A stretch of DNA of 64,000 nucleotides, taken from Tabrizicola sp. Lineage in GTDB: Bacteria > Pseudomonadota > Alphaproteobacteria > Rhodobacterales > Rhodobacteraceae. A model generated the notes under the pieces. The model did no database searches. It was not told the DNA's origin and saw only the letters and a list, made by a program, of their open reading frames with translations. This document shows positions 9,866 through 20,097 of the stretch, one piece after another. Location: assembly GCF_051645465.1 (NCBI RefSeq), contig NZ_JBOFBI010000170.1, positions 187 through 64,186 on the forward strand. Direction: 5' to 3'. A program made the translations under genes and the position numbers. The number at the start of each line of letters is the position of its first letter. Positions within the stretch are counted from its first letter, which is position 1.

Positions 9866-11038
9866 ATGACCTTTGACACCCCGATCTCTCGCCTAGGAAC
9901 CCATTGCGTCAAATGGGACATGCTGAAGCCGCTTTACGGCCTCGCCCCTGACGAGGGGCTGGCGATGTGGGTCGCCGATATGGAATTCCGCCCACCTCAG
10001 GTGGTGCAACAGGCGCTGGAAAAGATGGTGGACCACGGCGTCTACGGCTATTTCGGTGACGACAGCAAGTACCTGGATGCGATCCGCTGGTGGATGAAAA
10101 CCCGCCACAGCTGGGAGGTCGCACCCGAGTGGATCTTCACCACCCACGGCCTGGTCAACGGCACCGCGCTTTGCATCGACGCGTTCACCAGGCCCGGCGA
10201 CGGCGTGATCCTGATGACCCCGGTCTACCACGCCTTCTCGCGCATCATCAAAGCCGCCGACCGCGAGGTGGTGGAATGCCCGCTGGCGGTGGTCGACGGC
10301 AGGGCCGGGCTTGACCTTGCCGCCTGGGAGGCCAAGCTGACCGGCCGCGAACGGATGCTGATCCTCTGCTCGCCCCACAACCCCGGTGGCCGGGTCTGGA
10401 CGGTCCCTGAGCTTCGGGCCCTGGCCGACTTCTGCGTGAAGCACGACCTGATCCTCGTCTCGGACGAAATCCACCACGATCTGGTCTTTCCGGGCCAGAA
10501 GCACACCGCCATGGCCAATGCCGCGCCAGAGATCGCGGATCGGCTGGTGATGATGACGGCCACGACCAAGACCTTCAACATCGCGGGCGCCCATGTCGGC
10601 AATGTCATCATCGCCGACCCCGAATTGCGCAAGACATTCGCCAAAAAGATGAACGCAATGGGCATCTCGCCCAATTCCTTCGGCATGCATATGGCCACGG
10701 CCGCCTACAGCCCCGAAGGTGCTGCCTGGGTCGATGCGCTGATGAGCTACCTCGACGGCAACCGGAAGCTCTTTGACGAAGGCATCAATCGCATCCCGGG
10801 CCTCCGCTCTACTGAACTGGAGGCGACCTACCTCGCCTGGGTCGATTTCTCGGGTACCGGAATGGCCCCGGACGAATTCATCGAGCGGGTCCAGAAGGTT
10901 GCCAAGATCGCCACCAACCACGGCGCAAGCTTTGGCATGGGCGGCGAGAACTTCCTGCGCTTCAACATCGCCTGCCCGCGTGCCCAGGTGGCCGAGGCGG
11001 TTTCCCGGCTGGAACGGGCCTTTGCCGACCTGCAATGA
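9866..11038 (+). CDS. MalY/PatB family PLP-dependent C-S lyase
   Basis: MWVADMEF, CSPHNPGG, SDEIHHDL and KTFNIAG. Confidence 0.9.
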   Translation: MTFDTPISRLGTHCVKWDMLKPLYGLAPDEGLAMWVADMEFRPPQVVQQALEKMVDHGVYGYFGDDSKYLDAIRWWMKTRHSWEVAPEWIFTTHGLVNGTALCIDAFTRPGDGVILMTPVYHAFSRIIKAADREVVECPLAVVDGRAGLDLAAWEAKLTGRERMLILCSPHNPGGRVWTVPELRALADFCVKHDLILVSDEIHHDLVFPGQKHTAMANAAPEIADRLVMMTATTKTFNIAGAHVGNVIIADPELRKTFAKKMNAMGISPNSFGMHMATAAYSPEGAAWVDALMSYLDGNRKLFDEGINRIPGLRSTELEATYLAWVDFSGTGMAPDEFIERVQKVAKIATNHGASFGMGGENFLRFNIACPRAQVAEAVSRLERAFADLQ

Positions 11039-11574
11039 ACCGCTTCCTTCGCCTTCTGGTCTATCTCTTCCTGCTGATCGGCCTCGGCTTCATCGCGGCG
11101 TCGCTTTACAGCCCCCCGGTTGCGATCCCAACTCCACCCCCGCCGCCCCTGACCGGAGAAGTCGAGCGGATCGTGATCGAGAAAGCGGCAAGGCGGATGC
11201 AGCTTTTCCAGGATGGCAAGCCCGTACGCACCTATGAGATCGCGCTTGGCTTCACGCCCGAGGGCGACAAGGAACGCCAGGGTGACGGCAAGACACCGGA
11301 AGGCGAGTTCACCATCGACCGGAGAAACGGTGGAAGCGCCTATCACCTGTCGCTGGGCCTCGACTATCCCAAACCCGAAGACCGAACCCGCGCCGCCGCC
11401 GGGGGCTACGACCCAGGCGGCGACATCTTCATCCATGGCCAGCCGAACGCGCTGCCGGACGGGTTGAAGCTGCAGGGCGACTGGACGGCAGGCTGCATCG
11501 CCGTGACCAACGCCGAGATGCGCGAGATATGGGCAGTCACACCCATCGGGACGAAAGTGGAAATCCGGCCCTGA
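11035..11574 (+). CDS. L,D-transpeptidase (YkuD) family protein
   Basis: GDGKTPEG, IFIHG and WTAGCIAV; N-terminal membrane anchor. Confidence 0.88.
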   Translation: MNRFLRLLVYLFLLIGLGFIAASLYSPPVAIPTPPPPPLTGEVERIVIEKAARRMQLFQDGKPVRTYEIALGFTPEGDKERQGDGKTPEGEFTIDRRNGGSAYHLSLGLDYPKPEDRTRAAAGGYDPGGDIFIHGQPNALPDGLKLQGDWTAGCIAVTNAEMREIWAVTPIGTKVEIRP

Positions 11575-11588
11575 CAGGGCCGGGACCA

Positions 11589-11609
11589 CGATTTTTCGTC
11601 GAAAAATCG
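11589..11609. repeat. AT-rich palindrome (family C, single unit) between convergent genes
   Basis: CGATTTTTCG-T-CGAAAAATCG, preceded by GGCCGGGACC. Confidence 0.65.
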
Positions 11610-11618
11610 CCCCTTGCT

Positions 11619-11972
11619 TCAGGCCTTGGTCAGGTACCCAACCGGCGCATTCTCGTCGCGCCAGAAGTCAAGCGGCGCCCGTTCAGACACCGCCGTCACA
11701 CGCTTGAAATCGCAGACCAGCTCGCCATTCTCGATGAACGAGGCGACGATGAGGCACTGGAACACGTGGCGCGAGCCCTCATAGATGTCCACCAGTCCAC
11801 GGAGCTTGCTGGGCGAAAAATCCGCATCCAGTGCAAACCCGTCCTGCCAGAACCGAAGGACCGGATAGACGGTATCGCCCACTTGCACCCGAAGCCGCGA
11901 CTTGCGCTTCTGGTCTTTCTTGCGGGCGGCTTCCAACCCCTCGCGCACTTCCTTCGGCAGAAACTCAAGCAT
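11619..11972 (-). CDS. Hypothetical protein, apparently of a family conserved in Rhodobacterales
   Basis: MLEFLPKEVREGLEAARK...RGLVDIYEG...CLIVAS; SD-like GAGG upstream. Confidence 0.75.
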   Translation of the reverse strand: MLEFLPKEVREGLEAARKKDQKRKSRLRVQVGDTVYPVLRFWQDGFALDADFSPSKLRGLVDIYEGSRHVFQCLIVASFIENGELVCDFKRVTAVSERAPLDFWRDENAPVGYLTKA

Positions 11973-12197
11973 GGCAGCCTCGTACGTACCGTGGATTGGA
12001 TTTTGGGACTGGCCCCGAAAAAATCAAGGTGGCGCAAAGCTATTGCCCAAATGTAAAGGCCGCATGTCGCCGAAGCCACAACCGCCGGCAACCCCCGGTT
12101 GATCGACACCCCGAAACACACGAACCAACGCGCGAAACCGGGCTTTCGGCACGGCATCGCTTGCGAATCACCCGCTAGGGCGGAATAGCCCTCGGCC

Positions 12198-13097
12198 ATG
12201 ATCCTGATCGCCGCCCTTATCCTTGATGCCGCCTTTGGCGAGCCGCGCCTGATCTGGGATCGTCTGCCTCACCCCGCCGTCCTGATGGGCCGCCTCGTCG
12301 GCTACTGCGACCGGCGCTTCAACCACGGCCAAAGCCTGCGCCTGAAGGGCACGCTCGTGACGGCGGGCCTTCTTGCCACCGGCCTTGCCCTGGGTTGGCT
12401 GATCCAGAGCCTGCCGGACTATGGGGTCCTGGAAGCCCTGGCCGTCGCTATCCTCATCGCCCAGAAAAGCCTCGTCGACCATGTCCGCGCCGTGGCCACC
12501 GCGCTGCGCCGTTCGGTCGCCGAAGGCCGTCAGGCCGTCGCCATGATCGTCGGCCGCGACACCACTGACATGACCGGCCCCGACATCTCGCGCGCCGCCA
12601 TCGAAAGCGCTGCCGAGAACCTGTCGGACGGCGTCGTCGCCCCGGTCTTCTGGTATCTCGTCCTCGGCCTCCCCGGCATCGTCGCCTACAAGCTCATCAA
12701 CACCGCCGACAGCATGATCGGCCACATGACCCCCCGGTACATCGAGTTCGGCTGGGCCGCCGCCCGCCTCGACGATGTCCTGAACCTGATACCGGCCCGC
12801 CTGACCGCGCTTCTGATCGCCCTCACCCACGGCTGGGTCGACCCCTCCCCGATCCTCCGCGATGCGCCCAAACACCGCAGCCCCAACGCAGGCTGGCCAG
12901 AAAGCGCACTTGCGCCGGTGTTAAACGTCGCCCTCTCCGGCCCCCGCAGCTACAACGGCATCCGCAAGGACTATCCTCATGTCTGGCCCGAAGGCCGCCG
13001 CGACCCCGGTCCCGACGACATCGACGCCGCCGCCGATGCGCTATGGCGGGTCTGGGCCGCCCTCCTTGCGGTTGCCGTCCTCATCGCGGTCTTCTAG
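12198..13097 (+). CDS. cbiB: Adenosylcobinamide-phosphate synthase CbiB/CobD
   Basis: HPAVLMG, IVGRD, ESAAENLSDG, NTADSMIG and HRSPNAGWPE. Confidence 0.93.
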   Translation: MILIAALILDAAFGEPRLIWDRLPHPAVLMGRLVGYCDRRFNHGQSLRLKGTLVTAGLLATGLALGWLIQSLPDYGVLEALAVAILIAQKSLVDHVRAVATALRRSVAEGRQAVAMIVGRDTTDMTGPDISRAAIESAAENLSDGVVAPVFWYLVLGLPGIVAYKLINTADSMIGHMTPRYIEFGWAAARLDDVLNLIPARLTALLIALTHGWVDPSPILRDAPKHRSPNAGWPESALAPVLNVALSGPRSYNGIRKDYPHVWPEGRRDPGPDDIDAAADALWRVWAALLAVAVLIAVF

Positions 13098-13122
13098 GGT
13101 CGCGAAAATCGCCGGAGACCCC

Positions 13123-14280
13123 ATGCGCGCCGCCCTTCTTTGCCTCGCCCTTGCCGCCCCCGCCGCCGCTGCCCCATGTGGCGGCGACTTCGGCGACTTC
13201 CTCAAGGCGATGGAGGCCGAGGCCATCGCCCAAGGCACCCCCGCCGACAAGGCCGCCGAATTCTTCGCAGGGGCCCGGCAGGACAAGAAGGTCCTGAAAG
13301 CCGACCGCAGCCAAGGCGTCTTCCGCAAGACTTTCCTCGACTTCTCGCAAAGCCTTATCTCCAAAGGCCGCCTCTCGACCGCCCGCTCCAAGTCCGAAAG
13401 CCTCGACGCCATCTTCGCCCGCGCCGAGACCGAATACGGCGTCTCGCGCGGTATCCTCCTCGCCTTCTGGGCCTTCGAGACCGACTTCGGCCAGGTCCAG
13501 GGCGACTTCAACACCCGTAACGCCCTCCTCACCCTCGCCCACGACTGCCGCCGGCCCGAGCTCTTCCAGCCCCAAGTCCTCGCCGCCACCCAGCTTTATG
13601 CACTGGACGAGTTCGACCTCGACACCAAGGGCGCATGGGCGGGCGAGATCGGCATGGTGCAGATGCTGCCCAAAGACATCCTCGAACGCGGGATCGATGG
13701 CGATGGCGACGGGCTGATCCTGCTCAAGACCTCGGAGGCTGACGCGATCCTCTCTGGCGCGCGGATGCTGCAGCACCATGGCTGGCGGGCCGGTGAGCCC
13801 TGGCTGGCCGAAGTCACCCTGCCCGACGGTTTCGACTGGTCCCTCACCGGCCTCGACACCGAAAAACAAACCGAAGACTGGATCGCCCTCGGCGTCACCC
13901 CCCGCAACGGCGCGCTGACACCGGGCCTTCAAGCGTCGATCCTGCTGCCCCAGGGCCGCAAAGGCCCGGCCTTTCTGATCTACCCAAACTACCGTGTGCT
14001 CTTTGAATGGAACAAGAGCTTCGTCTACGTCACCACCGCCGCCTACTTCGGGACGAGGATCGAAGGCGCCGACCCCTACAACGCAGGCAACCCCGACCCG
14101 GCGCTCAGCCTCGAAGCAATGACCGCGCTGCAGGAAAAGCTGGCCTCCCTTGGCCATGACGTGGGCAAGATCGACGGCATCCTCGGCGCGGGCACCCGGG
14201 CCGCCGTTCAGAAGGAACAGGTCCGCCTTGGCCTTCCCGCCGATGGCTGGCCGACCAAGGCGCTATTGGACGCGCTCTGA
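13123..14280 (+). CDS. Lytic murein transglycosylase (MltB/SLT_2) with a C-terminal peptidoglycan-binding domain
   Basis: AFWAFETDFG, GAWAGEIGMVQ and DGILGAGTRAAV. Confidence 0.9.
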   Translation: MRAALLCLALAAPAAAAPCGGDFGDFLKAMEAEAIAQGTPADKAAEFFAGARQDKKVLKADRSQGVFRKTFLDFSQSLISKGRLSTARSKSESLDAIFARAETEYGVSRGILLAFWAFETDFGQVQGDFNTRNALLTLAHDCRRPELFQPQVLAATQLYALDEFDLDTKGAWAGEIGMVQMLPKDILERGIDGDGDGLILLKTSEADAILSGARMLQHHGWRAGEPWLAEVTLPDGFDWSLTGLDTEKQTEDWIALGVTPRNGALTPGLQASILLPQGRKGPAFLIYPNYRVLFEWNKSFVYVTTAAYFGTRIEGADPYNAGNPDPALSLEAMTALQEKLASLGHDVGKIDGILGAGTRAAVQKEQVRLGLPADGWPTKALLDAL

Positions 14281-15188
14281 TGGCCAGCTGGGGCCTGGTC
14301 TCGACGATCAAGGCGCCCGAGGAGAAGGTTCTGGCCTTCGCCGCCCACCACCTGTCGCTTGGCGCCTCGCATCTGTGGCTGTTCTTCGACGACCCCGAGG
14401 CGCCGATCCCCGCGCCGCTGACCAACCACCCCAAAGTCACCATCACCCGCTGCGACGACGCCCACTGGTCCGCCGTCGGCAAGAAACGCCCGCCGCAGCA
14501 CCAGAACCGCCAGACCCAGAACGCTCGCTTCACCTACCGGCACCTCACCACCACCGACTGGATCGTCCACATCGACGTGGACGAGTTCATCCTGACCCCG
14601 CGCCCGGTGGCCGACATCCTGTACGACACCCCGCCCGACACCATCGCGATGAAGCTTGAACCGTTCGAGGCGATGCACGACCCGCTCCTGCCTGACGACA
14701 TCTACACCTCGCGCGAGTTCCGCGGCGCGCTCCGCCATGAACACTGGCCCCGCCGCCGCGCAGCACTTGGCGTCTACCGCAAGATCATCCGCGACGGGAT
14801 GCTCAGCCATACCGTGGGGAAGGTCATCTACCGCACGCAGGTTCCGGGCCTCCTGCCGCGCCTGCATGCGGTGATGGTCAACAAGGAATTCGTCCGCACG
14901 CCCGAGTGGCAACCGGAGATGAAGCTTCTCCACTTTCACGCCCAGGACCGGCAGGCCTGGCTTGCAGCGCTTCCCTTCCGGATGACCAAGGGAGCCTACC
15001 AGTTCCGGCCCGAACTGCAGGCCTTCCTGGCCGAGGCAAGCCCCGAGGAAATCGACAAATTCTACCGCCGGACCCAGATTCTGTCCCTGGAACTGGCGGC
15101 AGAGCTGCAGAAAGTCGGCCGCGTACTGATCGCCGACCTCGGCCTGCGCCGGAAGGTCGAGGCTCTGCTGGCCGGAGAGCTGGGCTAG
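14280..15188 (+). CDS. Glycosyltransferase family 2-like protein
   Basis: AAHHLSLGASH, WIVHIDVDEF (DxD) and LLHFHA. Confidence 0.8.
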   Translation: MASWGLVSTIKAPEEKVLAFAAHHLSLGASHLWLFFDDPEAPIPAPLTNHPKVTITRCDDAHWSAVGKKRPPQHQNRQTQNARFTYRHLTTTDWIVHIDVDEFILTPRPVADILYDTPPDTIAMKLEPFEAMHDPLLPDDIYTSREFRGALRHEHWPRRRAALGVYRKIIRDGMLSHTVGKVIYRTQVPGLLPRLHAVMVNKEFVRTPEWQPEMKLLHFHAQDRQAWLAALPFRMTKGAYQFRPELQAFLAEASPEEIDKFYRRTQILSLELAAELQKVGRVLIADLGLRRKVEALLAGELG

Positions 15189-15205
15189 AACACGATCTAT
15201 GGGAC

Positions 15206-15274
15206 CGCTCGTCGATGCACTCCGTGCACTCCTCGCTGGGGCAGCCCCGACGAGTACACGAAGTGCACGAGGAG
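15206..15274 (+). repeat. Dispersed structured intergenic element family B, copy 1
   Basis: CTCGTCG..TGCAC-TCC-GTGCA..CTCCTCG..CGACGAG..CAC-GAA-GTG..CGAGGAG; same layout as 34575-34641 and 42870-42937. Confidence 0.7.
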
Positions 15275-15323
15275 GATGCGACAGGCGTTTGGGAACAGCG
15301 CTTCCGTCAGGTGTGATCCTGCT

Positions 15324-15707
15324 CTAACCGACGTTCACCAGCATCAGTGCCGCACGGCGGAAGGTGGCCATGATCTCCGCCTTTTCTCGTCCTGCAACGC
15401 CGGTTTCTGCCATCGCGCGGTCCATCACCGCCAGCCAGTCCTCGGCATCCTGACGGCGGATTTCGACATGGGCATGTATTTCCCGCAGGTTCATGTGGCC
15501 GTGGCGTTCCTGATAGTAGCGCTGCCCGCCAAGGAAGCCGCACAGAAACTCGAACTGCGCCGGCCGGACGTGGCTCAGCCCGTGACCCTTCTGGTGCATC
15601 TCCATGATCGCCCGCCCCTGCGGCAGGCTTTCGATCAGGTCGTAGAAGCGGTTGACCAGGAGGCTCACCGTTGGTTCACCGCCGATCCGGTCGATCATCG
15701 GCTCCAT
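15324..15707 (-). CDS. Group II truncated haemoglobin
   Basis: IGGE..V..LVNRFYD, FLCGFLGG..YY...HGH, LREIH and WLAVMDRA. Confidence 0.88.
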   Translation of the reverse strand: MEPMIDRIGGEPTVSLLVNRFYDLIESLPQGRAIMEMHQKGHGLSHVRPAQFEFLCGFLGGQRYYQERHGHMNLREIHAHVEIRRQDAEDWLAVMDRAMAETGVAGREKAEIMATFRRAALMLVNVG

Positions 15708-15711
15708 GGCG

Positions 15712-18090
15712 TCAGCTCTGTGGCCGGGTCTTCTTCGGGTCGTAATGCGACAGGGGCACGATCACCGCAGGCAGGCGCTTCTGGTGGCCGTCCAGCTTGC
15801 CAACCTCCAGCGCCGTCCCCATTTCGGCGTGGGCCACATCCACCCGCGCCAGCGCGATGTTCTTGCCCAGAACCGGCGAGCGGACCGCAGACGTCACCTC
15901 CCCCACCTGCGCCCGGCCCACATGCAGGCAATCGCCGTGGCCCACATCGACCGCCGCATCAATCTCCAGCCCGACAAAGCGCCGCGAGGGATGTTCCTTC
16001 CGCCGGATCAATGCCTCCCGCCCGACGAAGTCATCGGCCTTCGACTTCAAAGGCACCGTGAACCCGATCCCCGCCTCAAACGGATCGGTCTGGTCGCTGA
16101 ACTCGCTGCCCGCGAAGATCAGCCCCGCCTCGATCCGCACCATGTCGAGCGCCGCCAGCCCCATCGGCCGCAAGCCAAGACCTTCGCCATGTGCCCAGAC
16201 CGCATCGTAAACCGCCGTCCCGTCCTTCGGGTGGCAGAACACCTCGAACCCAAGCTCCCCCGTATACCCCGTCCGCGAAACGACTACCGAAGCGCCCGTT
16301 GGCCCCCCAACCCGGCCCACGGTAAACCGGAACCACCCCAGCTCCTCCACCGTCGGCTGATGCGGCGCGGTCCAGATCATGCGCTTCATGATCTCGCGCG
16401 AGTTCGGCCCCTGGACCGCCAGGTTATGCAACTGATCGGTCGATGACCGCACCATCGCCTTCAGCCCCAGCTTCTCGGCCTGCTCCCGGATCCATACCCC
16501 GCCGTAGTCGTCCCCTCCGATCCAGCGGAACTGGTCACGACCGAGCCGGTACAACGTCCCGTCGTCGATCATCCCCCCGTGGTCATAGCACATCGCGGAA
16601 TAGACCACCTGGCCCTGCGAAAGCTTCGTCACGTCCCGCGTCAGCACCCATTGCATCAGCCGCTCGGCGTCCGGCCCCGTGACCTCCCACTTCCGCAGGG
16701 GCGACAGGTCCATCACCACCGCCGCCTGACGGCAGGCCCAATACTCCTCCAGCGCCCCGTTCGCCGAATAGACCTGCGGCAGCCAATAGCCTTTATATTC
16801 AACATGATGCCTTGTCTTCTCGTCAATGCGCGGATGGAAGGCAGTTTCCTTGGTCATCTTCGGCTCCGAAGCAGGCGTGGGGCGATAGGCGATGGAACGC
16901 GAGAACTTCTCGGCCCCCGAATAGGTGCGAATGTGGATATCGCTGAGATACCAGCCGTTCGCGGGCGAGGTATCGTCGGGACAGGCCGAGTTCACGCAGA
17001 CAATATCCGTCAGCGCACGGAAAAGCACATAATCACCGGGCCGCGACCACGGTTCATCGCTGATCAGAACCCCATGTGAATCAATGTTCGTATTGAAGAA
17101 CAGGTTCACCGCCATCCAACCGGGCCTCGGGTCTACCCCATGCCCCGCAAGCGCCCGATTAAAGTTGTCCGAGCAGTTCACATGCCCCGGATACCCGATG
17201 TCATCGTAGTACTTAGACGCACAGGCCATAGCGAAAGCGTCATGCCGACCGACCGTATCCTGCACCACCTCGACCAAGGGCACCCAGTCCTGATCGTAGT
17301 ACTTCGAATGCAGCCCCGGCATCGAATAGGCATGGCCCATCAGCGTCCGGCTGGTCGTCACGTCCAGCGGGTGCTGGATGCCACGGTCCAGCTTGCGAGC
17401 ATCGAAGCACTGGAAATCGGTGCACTGACGGCCATCGACGTCCAAAATCTGGATGTAGTCCCCAGCCTTGACGAAGTAGCTCTCCGCCGTCGCCGACTTC
17501 ACCCGCAGGTCCAGGACCGGGTCGGCCAGGGGATCGGGCAGATCGTAATGCCCCACCATCCGGGGCTTCGCCCGCTGCACCAACAGCGTCAGCGGTGTCG
17601 CCGTGTCCTGCGCTTCCGGCGCCATCGGCAGCCCGGGTGCCGCCACCACCAGCCACCCGTCATCCAGCGCTGCGAACTCCGCCCGGGCCCCGGCAGCTGT
17701 CTCGCCCCCGAAAAGCCGGATCGCTCCAGCTTGCGCAAGATCGATCCCGCGCCGCGTAAGGCCCGTGCGCAGCCGTGACAGCCCGTCGCCAGCGGCATCG
17801 CCCAGGGCCAGCATCGCCTTCAGCCCCTCGGCCTGCGAATTGGCCGCCTGCCCCAGGACCGCCGCATCCACCCGCCCATCCGTCGTCGCCGCAACCAGCT
17901 CACAGGGCTGACCGCCCTCGTCGTTGACCAGCACCAGACGGTCGCCCGTCATCACCTGCAAAAGCACCGCCCCGCTGCCCGGCACCACATGACGCTCTTG
18001 CCCCAGATGGCGCGAGAGTCCCTGCGGTGTCAGAATGCGGCTTGGACGGGGTGGACCCGGAATGACTGCGGGATAGATGGTGTCGAGCAT
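15712..18090 (-). CDS. tdm: Trimethylamine N-oxide demethylase (DUF1989 + GcvT-type aminomethyltransferase)
   Basis: DUF1989 motifs (GRQCTDF, RHDAFAMAC, NCSDN, SACPDD) fused to GcvT motifs (DLSPLRK, SRTGYTGELGFE); sits in the tmm/dmm cluster. Confidence 0.87.
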   Translation of the reverse strand: MLDTIYPAVIPGPPRPSRILTPQGLSRHLGQERHVVPGSGAVLLQVMTGDRLVLVNDEGGQPCELVAATTDGRVDAAVLGQAANSQAEGLKAMLALGDAAGDGLSRLRTGLTRRGIDLAQAGAIRLFGGETAAGARAEFAALDDGWLVVAAPGLPMAPEAQDTATPLTLLVQRAKPRMVGHYDLPDPLADPVLDLRVKSATAESYFVKAGDYIQILDVDGRQCTDFQCFDARKLDRGIQHPLDVTTSRTLMGHAYSMPGLHSKYYDQDWVPLVEVVQDTVGRHDAFAMACASKYYDDIGYPGHVNCSDNFNRALAGHGVDPRPGWMAVNLFFNTNIDSHGVLISDEPWSRPGDYVLFRALTDIVCVNSACPDDTSPANGWYLSDIHIRTYSGAEKFSRSIAYRPTPASEPKMTKETAFHPRIDEKTRHHVEYKGYWLPQVYSANGALEEYWACRQAAVVMDLSPLRKWEVTGPDAERLMQWVLTRDVTKLSQGQVVYSAMCYDHGGMIDDGTLYRLGRDQFRWIGGDDYGGVWIREQAEKLGLKAMVRSSTDQLHNLAVQGPNSREIMKRMIWTAPHQPTVEELGWFRFTVGRVGGPTGASVVVSRTGYTGELGFEVFCHPKDGTAVYDAVWAHGEGLGLRPMGLAALDMVRIEAGLIFAGSEFSDQTDPFEAGIGFTVPLKSKADDFVGREALIRRKEHPSRRFVGLEIDAAVDVGHGDCLHVGRAQVGEVTSAVRSPVLGKNIALARVDVAHAEMGTALEVGKLDGHQKRLPAVIVPLSHYDPKKTRPQS

Positions 18091-18218
18091 GGCCTCCCCC
18101 AGACCTGACCGGCGCGGACAAGGCCCCAGTCGTTTTAATGAGGATAAAACTTGTTCATCCGCAAGAATAGCCCCAGGCTAAGGGTGACACAAGCTCACGG
18201 TGGGGAAAAGGCGGCAAG

Positions 18219-19076
18219 ATGCTGGCACTAAGCTTCGGGCTGATGGCAGCGCTGATCTGGGCGGTGCATGACCTTCTGGCGCGGAAGGTCAGCCAGGGCG
18301 CGGCCCTTCTGCCGATCCTGATCGTGGTCCTCGGCGCGGGTGCATTGGTCCTGGCACCGATCGCGCTCATCTTCGGCGATTGGGCGGTGATGACCGCCTC
18401 GGCCGTGGCCATCTCGGTCGCCTACGGCCTAGCCTACGCCGTTGCGGGCGGCGCGCTTTACAAGGCCTTCAGCGTCGCACCGGTGCGGCTCGTCTCGCCC
18501 GTCATCGGGGCCTACCCGATGCTGTCGCTGGCCATCGCCGTCGCCCAGGGCCGCACGGTGACCACCGCCGACTGGCTGGCCGTCACGGCCATCGTCACAG
18601 GCATCGCCATCGTCGCCATCGCCGCGCGCGACGACAGCCCGGAGGGCTACGCCACCACCCCCGCAGTCGCCCTGGCCTGGGCGGGGTTCAGCGGCTTAGG
18701 CTTCGCCGCGACCTTTGCTCTGGGACAAGAGGCGACCCGCCAGGGCGCCGAATTGCCCGTGATGCTCATCGGACGCGTTGTTGCTCTGACGGTCGTTCTG
18801 GCACTGGCCAGCGCCCGCGGCGGACCCATCGCACCGCAGCGCGGGCTGCTCTGGCTCCTGGTCCTGATGGGGGTCATCGACGCCCTGGCCCTTGGCCTGG
18901 TAACCGCCGCAGGCGGGCTGCCACACTCGGAGTATGCCTCGGTCACGTCATCGCTTTTCGGCGTCCTTACCGTGCTGCTCGCCGCCTGGTTCCTGAAGGA
19001 ACAGGTCCGCCCCGTGCAATGGCTGGGGATTGCCGCCGTCTTTTCCGGCATCGCTGCGCTGTCCCTGCAGGCCTGA
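18219..19076 (+). CDS. DMT/EamA family transporter
   Basis: About 10 hydrophobic helices in two EamA-like repeats (LVSPVIGAYP; AWFLKEQV). Confidence 0.85.
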   Translation: MLALSFGLMAALIWAVHDLLARKVSQGAALLPILIVVLGAGALVLAPIALIFGDWAVMTASAVAISVAYGLAYAVAGGALYKAFSVAPVRLVSPVIGAYPMLSLAIAVAQGRTVTTADWLAVTAIVTGIAIVAIAARDDSPEGYATTPAVALAWAGFSGLGFAATFALGQEATRQGAELPVMLIGRVVALTVVLALASARGGPIAPQRGLLWLLVLMGVIDALALGLVTAAGGLPHSEYASVTSSLFGVLTVLLAAWFLKEQVRPVQWLGIAAVFSGIAALSLQA

Positions 19077-19077
19077 C

Positions 19078-20088
19078 CTACTCCGCCGCCTCCACCCGCA
19101 CCGGCGCCGCCCCGCGCACAGATTGCGTCAACCGGCGCTCATCCCTCGGGCTCACCCCGAAGAACTCGGTATAATGCCGGATCATCGGGCTGGACGTCAT
19201 GTAGCCCACCGAAGCCGCGATCTCGCGCAGGGGGTCGTTGGAGTACAGCACCCGCTGCCGCGCCTTCATCAGCCGCAGATGGTGGTAGTAGCGGAGCGGG
19301 CTCTGCCCCGTCTCGCGCTTGAACATCCGCTCGAAATGCCGCCCCGAAAGGCCCACCGCCGCCGCGACGTCAGGGATGCGCAACGGGTCTTCGACATGGG
19401 TCTCGAACAGCCGGATCGCCTCGCGGATGGCCATGGGCAGCGTATCGGTCGTGCCCCCCGACCGGGCGACAGGAACCTTCTGGCTCGCATCCGCGTCCCG
19501 CACGAACGGATGCTGGAACCAGCAGGCAACCTCGGTCATGCAGTCGCGCCCCAGCCGTTCCTCGATCAGCCGCAGCATCAGATCGAACACCGCGCCCGCT
19601 CCGCTCGCCGTTATCCGCCGCCCTTCACGCAGGATCGTGACTTCCCGCGCTTCGATTTCCGGGAAGTCCGCCTTGAACGCGGCCTCATAGCACCAATGCA
19701 CCGAACAGGGCCGCCCCTCCATCAGCCCTGCCCGCGCCAGCGGGAAAATCCCCCCTGAAAACGCCCCCAACACCACCCCCGTCCGATCAAGCCACCTCAG
19801 CCGCGCCGGGCTGCGGCGGGGGTCGGCGAAGACCGCCGGCGGCGGCGAGAGGAGGTAAAGCTGATCCACCCCCTCAAGCTCTTGCAAGGTCAGGTCCGGA
19901 TCAAACCCGATCTCGGCCGACGACCGCACCGGCGCCGCAGTTTCGGACACCAGCGTCCAGACAAACTCGCGCCGTCCGGTGATCTCGTTCGCCGCCCGCA
20001 GCGGCTCGATGGCGGACGTGAGGCAGGCCATCGGAAAGCCGGGGAACAGCAGAAACCCAAGCCGAAGCGGCCCGCCGCCAGCCATCAT
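19078..20088 (-). CDS. GlxA-family AraC regulator (DJ-1/PfpI sensor domain)
   Basis: AIEPLRAANE, CSVHW and a C-terminal AraC HTH (GLSGRHFERMFKRETG). Confidence 0.9.
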   Translation of the reverse strand: MMAGGGPLRLGFLLFPGFPMACLTSAIEPLRAANEITGRREFVWTLVSETAAPVRSSAEIGFDPDLTLQELEGVDQLYLLSPPPAVFADPRRSPARLRWLDRTGVVLGAFSGGIFPLARAGLMEGRPCSVHWCYEAAFKADFPEIEAREVTILREGRRITASGAGAVFDLMLRLIEERLGRDCMTEVACWFQHPFVRDADASQKVPVARSGGTTDTLPMAIREAIRLFETHVEDPLRIPDVAAAVGLSGRHFERMFKRETGQSPLRYYHHLRLMKARQRVLYSNDPLREIAASVGYMTSSPMIRHYTEFFGVSPRDERRLTQSVRGAAPVRVEAAE

Positions 20089-20097
20089 GCCGCCCGA

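Noticed and set aside
12080-12197. Cobalamin riboswitch or sigma-54 promoter upstream of cbiB
   Set aside because: No B12-box elements and no correctly spaced GG-N10-GC found by eye
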